NCBI RefSeq assembly: GCF_044324875.1
Contig: NZ_CP172185.1
Direction: 5' to 3' (one strand)
DNA from: Escherichia coli
Lineage (GTDB): Bacteria; Pseudomonadota; Gammaproteobacteria; Enterobacterales; Enterobacteriaceae
Length of the DNA: 64,000 bases
Position 1 is the stretch's first letter, and each line of letters starts with the position of its first letter. The notes below the pieces were generated by a model that made no database searches, was not told the DNA's origin, and was given only the letters and a program-made list of their open reading frames with translations. The position numbers and the translations under genes were made by a program. Shown one piece after another: positions 22,178 to 31,241 of the stretch.

Positions 22178-23032
22178 TTACACCAACGCCCCGTAAATCG
22201 TCAGTAGCGCAATCACCACCACGACCACGAACGAGGTTTTCTTCGCCATTGAAACCGCTGCCTTCGGCGTCTCCAGCTTATCGACATGCGGTTCACGCGC
22301 CAGAGAGAACTGCGCCAGACGCGTTAATACCTGATATTGCGAAGTATGGAAATCACCCAGCGAAGCAAACCAGGCCGGTAACGCTTTCTCACCATGACCG
22401 ATCAAGGCATATACCACACCCGCAAGACGAACCGGCACCCAATCCAGTACATGAAGCATTGCATCGATGCTGGACTGTAAACGATGATGCGGCGTCTGGT
22501 ATCGCGCCAGCCAGTATTGCCATGCACGCAAAAACGCATACCCCATCAGCGTAACGGGTCCCCAGGTTCCCCCCACAATCAGCCAGAACAGCGGTGCAAG
22601 ATAAAAACGAAAGTTAATCCACAGCAATGCATTTTGCAGCTCACGCAAATACTCACGTTCATCGCAGCCTGCCGGGACGCCGTGAATCATGGTGAGTTCG
22701 CCAGCCATCGTGGCACGGGCATGGCTATCATTACGTGAAGCAGCTGTCAGATAAGCATGATAATGAAGACGAACTTTACCTGCGCCAATACACAGCAAAC
22801 CAATCAGCAGCCACACCAGCAGCGTGGGAACGTTGAATAATACTCCCTGCAATGTGCGTAACAGTAAAAAAGTCACGCCCATCGCAATAATGGTCATGCC
22901 TAATGTGCGCCCGAGAGAAAAATGTTTCACCCGCCGAAAGAACGCTTCAAGACGATGATCAAGCTGCCAGTGCTCGCCCAACTTAAACAGGCGCTCGAAA
23001 ATTAACACCAGTAAGGTTGTAAATAGCGTCAT
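22178..23032 (-). CDS. ampE: AmpE inner-membrane protein
   Basis: ORF 22178..23071; conserved start [23 protein letters not shown] gives 284 aa; start overlaps the ampD stop (ATGA). Confidence 0.88.
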   Translation of the reverse strand: MTLFTTLLVLIFERLFKLGEHWQLDHRLEAFFRRVKHFSLGRTLGMTIIAMGVTFLLLRTLQGVLFNVPTLLVWLLIGLLCIGAGKVRLHYHAYLTAASRNDSHARATMAGELTMIHGVPAGCDEREYLRELQNALLWINFRFYLAPLFWLIVGGTWGPVTLMGYAFLRAWQYWLARYQTPHHRLQSSIDAMLHVLDWVPVRLAGVVYALIGHGEKALPAWFASLGDFHTSQYQVLTRLAQFSLAREPHVDKLETPKAAVSMAKKTSFVVVVVIALLTIYGALV

Positions 23033-23580
23033 GTTGTCTCCTTGCTGACCAGTGCACGAAACCGTGCCCAATCAAATGCAGGACCGGGATCGGTTTTCCG
23101 ATCCGGCGCAATATCACAATGGCCCGTCATGTTTTTAGCGATATCTGGATAGCGATCAATCAGTGCCCGCGTAACCGCCGCAAGCTGTTGATACTGCGCA
23201 TCGGTATACGCCAGCGTATCGGTGCCTTCCAGCTCAATCCCAATAGAAAAATCATTGCAGCGTTCGCGCCCCTGATACTGAGAGACTCCGGCATGCCAGG
23301 CACGTTTATCGAAAGGAACATACTGGACTATTTCACCATCGCGGCGAATCAAACAGTGAGCGGAGACGCGCAAATGGGCGATCTCAGCAAAGAAAGGATG
23401 TGCCTGCGGATCAATAGTTCCAGTGAATAATGCGTCGATCCACGGACCACCAAACTCGCCTGGCGGCAGGCTAATATTGTGCACCACCAGCAGGGTGGGT
23501 GTTTCGTCATCCGGGCGGCAATCGTAATGTGGTGAGGGAACGCGGCGCGCGCCAACCAGCCACCCCTGTTCTAACAACAT
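23029..23580 (-). CDS. ampD: 1,6-anhydro-N-acetylmuramyl-L-alanine amidase
   Basis: 183 aa, [26 protein letters not shown]...; amidase_2 family. Confidence 0.9.
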   Translation of the reverse strand: MLLEQGWLVGARRVPSPHYDCRPDDETPTLLVVHNISLPPGEFGGPWIDALFTGTIDPQAHPFFAEIAHLRVSAHCLIRRDGEIVQYVPFDKRAWHAGVSQYQGRERCNDFSIGIELEGTDTLAYTDAQYQQLAAVTRALIDRYPDIAKNMTGHCDIAPDRKTDPGPAFDWARFRALVSKETT

Positions 23581-23607
23581 GCAGGATCTCCTTATATGTG
23601 GTGCTAA

Positions 23608-24561
<954 letters not shown>

Positions 24562-24574
24562 TTGCTGACAGATT

Positions 24575-24598
24575 TATCCGCTCCATCGCGGGCGGATA
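24575..24598 (+). terminator. Hairpin downstream of nadC
   Basis: tatccgc-tccatcgcgg-gcggata inverted repeat 14 bp after the nadC stop. Confidence 0.35.
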
Positions 24599-24763
24599 AT
24601 CTCCCCTTTCCCAATTTTCTTCGTAACGCCTCGCAAATTTCTTGTCTTTCGCTGTAACGTAATAAAAAACTCCGGAAGCTGCTTTCCCGTTTCGTTTTTT
24701 GCCCCTCGCTTGTGCTGATGGCGTTTGCCAAAGTAGCGCCAACCAAATCAAGGAGCGAAACAA

Positions 24764-24847
24764 ATGGACAAGCAACGCGGTTTTACACTTATCGAACTGA
24801 TGGTGGTCATTAACAGTAAATTACTGTACAAATACCGCATCTGTTAA
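24764..24847 (+). pseudogene. ppdD: ppdD 5' fragment: first 15 codons of the type IV prepilin (MDKQRGFTLIELMVV) fused to 12 island-derived codons, then stop
   Basis: ATG at 24764; the N-methyl-Phe prepilin leader GFTLIELM is intact up to codon 15; frame then runs into AT-rich island DNA (INSKLLYKYRIC*). Confidence 0.75.
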
Positions 24848-25181
24848 TTCATCTCTCTCCCACAATGCCACAATCCATAACATATTGATTTTAATACATA
24901 ATGATATCAAAAGGATTTGAACCATCTTAACCATCACTTCCCATTTTTAGACCCCCTTCTACTATATTTCTCGTCAGTAGAGATCTAATGGCATCTTTTC
25001 ACCTACGCACTAATAACGTATCCTTTGCTTTCGCCAAAATGGTGGTAATCATCTTTAGAACATAGTAAAAATACTGTTGATTTCTATATAGTTCTACCTC
25101 TCCTTTAGTTGTTATTAAGATGGCAGTTTCAAATCAGGAACACATAGGTATCATGTACTAACAGCTTTATAACTTAATCAG

Positions 25182-26468
25182 GTGCTAACCATGGACTCGA
25201 AATCTCTTGTTGAACTTTCCCATGATATACAATCCGGACTAGGAAACATTGACGTTCCAGATTTTGATAACATCAAAACTATCGGAATGGCATCAATACT
25301 AGCAATGCATATACGCGGATTGGGAGAAATTGATTATGAAGTTTTAAGGAAAGTCAGTGACTTCTTTTTCAACATACCTTCATATGCTTTAAAAAGCGTA
25401 TTGGAAGTACTGGCTGAGATAGAATATGTAGATTTAATAACGAAAGACAAAAAAATATTGTCAGTAATTCCAAACGTTCCTCGATTCAAAGATCTCTATC
25501 AAGGTGTTGGTGATTATTTCACATTTAGCGATCTCAACGAACATGAGCAAGGCACATTGATAATATTATCTAATCTTCAAAACAAACCCGAAAACAGAGA
25601 CAAACTAATTCATTCTACAGGCATCGACAATACTCTTTTTTCTCGTTGTTTAGAGATTGGTGAAAAAGGTAACTATTTTAGAAATTATAGAGCTAGAGGA
25701 AAAAACATCATAGCTAGCCCATTTTATTTTGCCGATAATTTAGAGTCACTTGTCGATATTTCAGCCAAAATTGGTTCGAATGATATTGATGCTGTTTTAA
25801 AAATTATAAAAGATAATCAGGGATGGCCTCTCTCACTGATCGAATCACAATTAGAAATCGGTGGAAAAAAGCTAACAAAAGTACAAAAAGAACTTTTAAT
25901 TGGTTTTTGCCAAGAGGGTGTACTCAAACCCCCTTCAATTGATTTCGGAAACCAAAAACAAGAAACATTCATATTCACACCGAGGCCCGGAAATATAAAA
26001 TTGAATGCAGCTAACAGAGAGATTTATGAACGAGCAATGGCGTTAGTTTCTTGCGTTAGGAAAGGACAATTACTGCACGACAAATATAGAATAAGGCTTC
26101 CAGTTAGGATATTGGAATCATTAAAAGAAAAAGGTTATCTTAATCAAAATTCAGAAGCTGCATCCCAGTATAGGAATCTGGTGTTTTTGAAGGTTGGAAT
26201 GCTAAAAGCTAAGGATCATAACAAGTGGGAATTTCATTTAATAAAAACAGAAGAAAACATTGAAGCATTAGATTTAGCAATAAGTCTCTTAAAAACAGGA
26301 GAACTTGCAAATTTAGAAGTTGATCAAAATGCAAAAATAGCATTAACACAAGATGAAAAATACATTCAATCGATCATTAGCTCCGCAGAACTTAGAACTA
26401 GAGAGAAGATAAAACAAAGCGAGGAAGCAAAAGAACAATTTGAACAACTGATTTTCGAAATGGAGTAA
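25182..26468 (+). CDS. uncharacterised protein, island cargo gene A (no recognisable motif)
   Basis: 428-aa ORF from GTG at 25182; more likely ATG at 25191 (MDSKSLVELSHD...) preceded by AGGTG; AT-rich codon usage; first gene of a coupled pair. Confidence 0.6.
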   Translation: MLTMDSKSLVELSHDIQSGLGNIDVPDFDNIKTIGMASILAMHIRGLGEIDYEVLRKVSDFFFNIPSYALKSVLEVLAEIEYVDLITKDKKILSVIPNVPRFKDLYQGVGDYFTFSDLNEHEQGTLIILSNLQNKPENRDKLIHSTGIDNTLFSRCLEIGEKGNYFRNYRARGKNIIASPFYFADNLESLVDISAKIGSNDIDAVLKIIKDNQGWPLSLIESQLEIGGKKLTKVQKELLIGFCQEGVLKPPSIDFGNQKQETFIFTPRPGNIKLNAANREIYERAMALVSCVRKGQLLHDKYRIRLPVRILESLKEKGYLNQNSEAASQYRNLVFLKVGMLKAKDHNKWEFHLIKTEENIEALDLAISLLKTGELANLEVDQNAKIALTQDEKYIQSIISSAELRTREKIKQSEEAKEQFEQLIFEME

Positions 26469-27571
26469 TGGTAATGGCTAACTTAGATAAAGACCTAGGT
26501 TTGAAGCAAGACGCTATAAGGTTTTGCTTGATAAATGGTTACTTGCCATTTTTAGAAGTTAACGTTGAAAACTATAGGGAACTTTCTGATACATCTACAA
26601 TTATAACAGATGTAGATGTTTTAGGGGTTGCTTTTGATATAACTGGAAAAACCAGAAAGATAATTTTCGATTGTAAAACCATTAAAAATACCAGCCCTAT
26701 TAATAGAGCGTTTTGGGCTTCCGGTGTTATGAATTTTTTAGGCTATGATGAAGCATTCATCATATTAAGAAAGAAAGCAAGTGAGGCCCATAGACTTTCC
26801 GCAAAAACAATTAATGTCCACCTTTTTGATGAAGATCAAATGAAAGGATATGCTCAATCATTTTCAATGAATTTCAATATTGATTTAAGCTACTCTACGG
26901 ACATTAATAATTGGATAAGTATACAGGAAGTATATAAAACAGATAAAACCATCCAAAAATATGGCGAATTTTTAGCAAGTTCGGTTCCTACAGAAAATGA
27001 TCCAGCGAAGAATTTGAGAAGATTTATTGCTGCTTTACAAAAAGTGAAGAATGAACTAGACCCTCAAAAAAATAAACACAGAGCAATTTACTTGCATAGT
27101 CTAATGACATTCTCATATATTATGGCATGCTTAGTGCAGCAACTAAGAGGGTTAATTGATTTTGATTATAATCAGAATGAATTCACAAGACTTCTCAAAT
27201 ATTATATCTGGGGAGGGAAGGATAGCTTTATATTAAGACATAAGATGAGAGAACTAATCTCATCTAATGACAGTTCGATTCAAAATATAGAGCCAGAGTT
27301 AAGGAATTGGGATGACTTTATTGAACTCACAAGGAGTCTACTTGACTCTCCTAATGATATAATTAAATGTTGCCATGTGTTACGTGAATTTAGTTTTTTA
27401 GAACTATCCATGCATGACATTAAAAAGGATGAGCAACTATCCACTCTAATTTCAGATAATTCAAGAATTCGTCAATTTATAATGATAATGGCTAGATACT
27501 TAACCAACTCGATGAAAATGCCAAAAGATTTCATTAACGATCTAGTATCAATATTTGATAGATTGAGATAA
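26468..27571 (+). CDS. uncharacterised protein, island cargo gene B, with N-terminal PD-(D/E)xK-like nuclease motif
   Basis: 367-aa ORF; ATG overlaps the stop of gene A (TAATG); alternative ATG at 26474 has better GGAG spacing; motif TDVDVLGV...(18 aa)...IIFDCK. Confidence 0.6.
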   Translation: MVMANLDKDLGLKQDAIRFCLINGYLPFLEVNVENYRELSDTSTIITDVDVLGVAFDITGKTRKIIFDCKTIKNTSPINRAFWASGVMNFLGYDEAFIILRKKASEAHRLSAKTINVHLFDEDQMKGYAQSFSMNFNIDLSYSTDINNWISIQEVYKTDKTIQKYGEFLASSVPTENDPAKNLRRFIAALQKVKNELDPQKNKHRAIYLHSLMTFSYIMACLVQQLRGLIDFDYNQNEFTRLLKYYIWGGKDSFILRHKMRELISSNDSSIQNIEPELRNWDDFIELTRSLLDSPNDIIKCCHVLREFSFLELSMHDIKKDEQLSTLISDNSRIRQFIMIMARYLTNSMKMPKDFINDLVSIFDRLR

Positions 27572-27577
27572 AAAGAA

Positions 27578-27609
27578 GAGCAGGCTCGAATTAAATTTCG
27601 TGCCTGCTC
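27578..27609 (+). terminator. Hairpin after cargo gene B
   Basis: gagcaggc-(16 nt)-gcctgctc inverted repeat 7 bp after the stop at 27571; no clear T-run. Confidence 0.35.
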
Positions 27610-27708
27610 ACCATATAAACAAATGATAATAACTCATTCAACTAGATTATCTTTAATTCAGAGCAGTAATGATTTTCTTAATAACAATTCCCCTTTCTGA
27701 ATCCCATC

Positions 27709-28266
27709 TCAGGAGGCATTCATTTCTTTTTTCACGCGAAACACTGTAGCCCTGCCACAATCGCACAACTTTGCAATCTCATCCGGTGTGTTCTTCCCAG
27801 CTTGAAGCATCTCAATGATTTTACTGTGTAATTCTTTGTTCTTTTGCTTTCCTTTATACTTCTTAGCCTCTTTAGCAAGGGCAATTCCTTCGTTGCGACG
27901 TGATGCGATCATTCCCCGCTCAAATTCTGCAACGGCTCCCATCATGGTTAAGATTAAACGAGATTGTGGGGAGTTATCGAAACTCATTGAGTTAGCAAGG
28001 AACTGAACAGTGATCCCGCGAGCAACGAGGCTATCAATCATTTCCAGCAAATCGCGGGTATTACGTGCAAGGCGATCAATCGAGTGAGTCATGAGCGTAT
28101 CACCTTCGCGGAGGTGTGAAAGCAGGTTCAACAATTCAGGTCTCTCGCTGGTGGACTTACCTGATTCTTTCTCGGTGACGATTTTGTCACAAACAGGTTC
28201 CAGTACTGCCAACTGACGCTCAAGATTCTGATCCTTTGTTGAGACTCTCGCGTAACCAAAAATCAT
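27709..28266 (-). CDS. small serine recombinase (resolvase/invertase family)
   Basis: ORF 27709..28296; likely start MIFGYARVSTKDQNLERQ (ATG at 28264-28266 on the minus strand, preceded by GAGGGCAGGGAA); catalytic Ser in the YARVST motif; C-terminal HTH. Confidence 0.8.
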   Translation of the reverse strand: MIFGYARVSTKDQNLERQLAVLEPVCDKIVTEKESGKSTSERPELLNLLSHLREGDTLMTHSIDRLARNTRDLLEMIDSLVARGITVQFLANSMSFDNSPQSRLILTMMGAVAEFERGMIASRRNEGIALAKEAKKYKGKQKNKELHSKIIEMLQAGKNTPDEIAKLCDCGRATVFRVKKEMNAS

Positions 28267-28285
28267 TTCCCTGCCCTCACCGCTG

Positions 28286-28356
28286 ATAAGTATCATTTAA
28301 ATTAACTGAATGATACAGTATCATTTAAATTCTTTCAATGTCTAAATGATACTAAA
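28286..28356. repeat. res-like recombination site: two adjacent palindromes built from four GTATCATT(T) half-sites
   Basis: GTATCATT(11 bp)AATGATAC at 28290-28316 and GTATCATTT(17 bp)AAATGATAC at 28318-28352, directly upstream of the resolvase start. Confidence 0.5.
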
Positions 28357-28814
28357 CGAGACAAGAAAAACGGGTATCGTTAGGGAGTACCCAAAAGAGA
28401 TTTTTGATCGTGCGTTTTTTAGTCAATGTAGGGTTAGTGAAAAGTTCAGTACCGAGATCTGAGTTCACGGCATTTTGTCGACGGGGTTGAACCTGATTAG
28501 GCGAACGAGATTTTAAATCAGGCGGAATAAAACAAGTTGTACTTTTATCTGAGTAAACGATCCCTTTAACTTTTTAGTCAGAAATCGTGATACTAGGGGT
28601 TTGGTTATTTTGTGTCCTTAAGGCCAGTACTTTTAGCGAGGACGAAAAAACGGCCTACATGAGAACGCTTACAGTAACTTAAGTATATTATCCAAAAAGT
28701 CACTTAACTTAAATCAATTTGGATGCAAAATCGCCACACTTTGCAAGTGAACACATACCGGGCAACAAGCAAATAAAAAAGGCCACTTTCGCGACCTTGT
28801 ACCAGTACAAACAC

Positions 28815-29174
28815 TCATTCAGAACGATCAAGTACCATATATGCTGGCTGACACATGCTGCCCCGCTCCTGTAGCCAGTAGTAATCAAGATCGGCAACAC
28901 GCACGTCCAATCCAGAATCTACACGGTTGATCTGTAACCGTAGCCCTACAGTATCCTTGTACGATAAACCAGATTTAACATTGTATTTGTACTTAACACC
29001 GTTTTCCTGTTCAAACTGTTTAAGGAAAGGCGTCATTTGTTTCTGAATTTCTTTCAAACAAATAACCTCATTATCAATAGCAAAGGGGGGTTCTGTTTTT
29101 CCATCAGGTACAGCAGCCTGTAAATGAAAGGAAGTACTCAACAATAACAGCATTGCAACAGAAGTCTTTTTCAT
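28815..29174 (-). CDS. small secreted or periplasmic protein of unknown function
   Basis: 119-aa ORF with signal peptide MKKTSVAMLLLLSTSFHLQA; 43 bp downstream of the membrane protein gene on the same strand. Confidence 0.5.
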   Translation of the reverse strand: MKKTSVAMLLLLSTSFHLQAAVPDGKTEPPFAIDNEVICLKEIQKQMTPFLKQFEQENGVKYKYNVKSGLSYKDTVGLRLQINRVDSGLDVRVADLDYYWLQERGSMCQPAYMVLDRSE

Positions 29175-29217
29175 TTTAATTCCTTATTAAAGAACAGTAC
29201 ATTATATTTCAATGGAC

Positions 29218-30258
29218 TTAATAACAATATTTTATATTTCCTTCGGGTTTTCTCATGCATTTAATTCCTTCAGGAATATAATCAGTTACGGGAGCAGGTC
29301 TGGCATCAGGTCTTGAAAGACGATTGGATATAGAAGACAACAGACTGAAAACACACTCATTAAATGATTTTTGATATTTATTTTTTTCATAAAAGTACTG
29401 CATGGTGATTTTATCTCTTTCGTATTGCAATTCTTTGCCAAGCTGAATCCTATCCATATCAATTCCATTTCTCATAGCATTAAATCTTTCGTTCAATAAA
29501 TTAAATTGAGATTTATTCCATTCATTTAAAGGAAATAAAGAATTGTTAAGCCTTTGCCTACAATTAGATTGCTCGATAGCTGACATGTATTCTTTCATAC
29601 TAACGCCAATATCTAAGTATGTGAGTTGTCCAGCAGTTCTATCAACTGAGTTATTAGGGTAAGATTTAATTTCAGTAAGTATTGACTCTGTTAATACTGC
29701 ATTTTCTTCTAAATCTTTGCTAATAGTTATTTGAGCTTGTTCTCTTTTATCCTTATCAAATATTGAAATGTATTTCTTTACTATATCCTGATTAGCTTTC
29801 TCGGCTGCTACTAACGCATCTTGAACCTTCTTTTCCGCCGCTTTAACTCGTTGTTCTTCTACAAATTTCGCGTAGTCATCAGTATTTGTAATGTGATTTT
29901 CACGAGCGATAGAAAACTCTTTACTATCTTTAAAACCAAGTTTTTGTGCTCTGGCTCCATCGCTTGAAGATCGGGCAGAACTTGCCACGAAAGCGAGCAC
30001 AATGATCAGTACAGGAACCGTATAATTATTAACGAGTTTATAGGGTAAGAACTTCGCTTTAAGCGTACCATAACCCAAAACAGCCCAGCCTATCGCGGCA
30101 GTACTTGCCAGTAGCTGGCACAATCCAGCGACGGAAAGCATGATTACCGACCAGAAGCCTGTACCGACTGCGAAAAGATCACCAAATTTCTCCATTGACG
30201 CAAGGAATAAAAACACTCCCCAAATGCCATAAAATCCTATTTTCAAATATTTACTCAC
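29218..30258 (-). CDS. membrane protein of unknown function (three N-terminal TM helices, coiled-coil soluble domain)
   Basis: 346-aa ORF; hydrophobic segments at about residues 7-22, 36-64 and 81-95; Lys/Glu-rich predicted coiled coil; AT-rich. Confidence 0.55.
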   Translation of the reverse strand: MSKYLKIGFYGIWGVFLFLASMEKFGDLFAVGTGFWSVIMLSVAGLCQLLASTAAIGWAVLGYGTLKAKFLPYKLVNNYTVPVLIIVLAFVASSARSSSDGARAQKLGFKDSKEFSIARENHITNTDDYAKFVEEQRVKAAEKKVQDALVAAEKANQDIVKKYISIFDKDKREQAQITISKDLEENAVLTESILTEIKSYPNNSVDRTAGQLTYLDIGVSMKEYMSAIEQSNCRQRLNNSLFPLNEWNKSQFNLLNERFNAMRNGIDMDRIQLGKELQYERDKITMQYFYEKNKYQKSFNECVFSLLSSISNRLSRPDARPAPVTDYIPEGIKCMRKPEGNIKYCY

Positions 30259-30493
30259 CGCAATTATCCTTTAATAATTTTCCAAATCGATGGTTCGTTC
30301 TATTTGTATTATCGACAATAATTCGTTTGCCTTTAGGTAGATCCCTTAAAAAGGAATCCCCCCAAAATTTATAGATTAGCAGTTGTACCACTCTCACTGT
30401 TTTGTCACTCCCATTATCTTCTCTCAGGTCAAAAGTACGGACTTAAAGCCGTCCGTGTTCAGGTGCTCAAGAGTAGCACGCATATCAATAAAT

Positions 30494-30584
30494 GATCGAT
30501 AAAAACGATCAATTAATGGATTATTGATTGCTATAATCGATCAATTACTATTAATTCAATACAAATCAATAGGTAAAATCGATC
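30494..30584. repeat. Cluster of four GATC-centred (A)TCGATCAA(T/G) motifs in an ORF-free island segment
   Basis: GATC at 30494, 30507, 30539 and 30581 within 90 bp of AT-rich DNA, each in a similar CGATCAA context. Confidence 0.4.
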
Positions 30585-31241
30585 AAGAGGATTCGTCATC
30601 CATGAAAGGGGTTATGTATCTGATTTCAATACAGGGAGTATTAGCGATACCATCACGCAAACGCTCTTAAAGCGTAGCTACGGCGTTTTGTAGGGTTTTG
30701 GTCATTCATGTGTGTCAGTAATGAACATCGCATTCAGGGGCTTCCTGTGCGTTTTGTCCGAAACACCATCATGAAGGGGGACAGATCGGATCGGGGTCGC
30801 TTCGCTCTGGTCAGTACTGGATAGTTCTTTTCCAGTAACTGAAACCGCAGATCCCCCACTAAGTACACAAAGGAATCAGTAGTATAATAAGTAATTAAAT
30901 AGCAATCAGTTATGTACTGAATGACAGAACAGAAAAACGCGATTGGTTCGCTCTGCCAGTGACTGAAAGGAACGAAGCAGTAGAACCTAATCCAGCGAAC
31001 AGTACACGCAAAGCGGGTACTGTTTAATTGTTTTATCTATGTAAACAATGGGATAGCTATCAAGTACTCACTGCGTGAGCACTCTCACTAACTACCCGAA
31101 ACAGTTCGCTTGCTTCGCCGCTCCTACTTTCAGGTAGTTAATTCGCTTTCGCTCGTTGTGATGTCCGAAATTTATTACCTATAGTATTATAAGGTATTAT
31201 TTTCCGGACATTTATGTATTTTTATGATGGTGTTCTGGACA

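Noticed and set aside
28400-28814. 415-bp ORF-free stretch between the res site and the 119-aa gene; a weak stem near 28775-28800
   Set aside because: Stem is only 4 bp with a poor T-run; no repeat or motif strong enough to call a terminator or RNA gene
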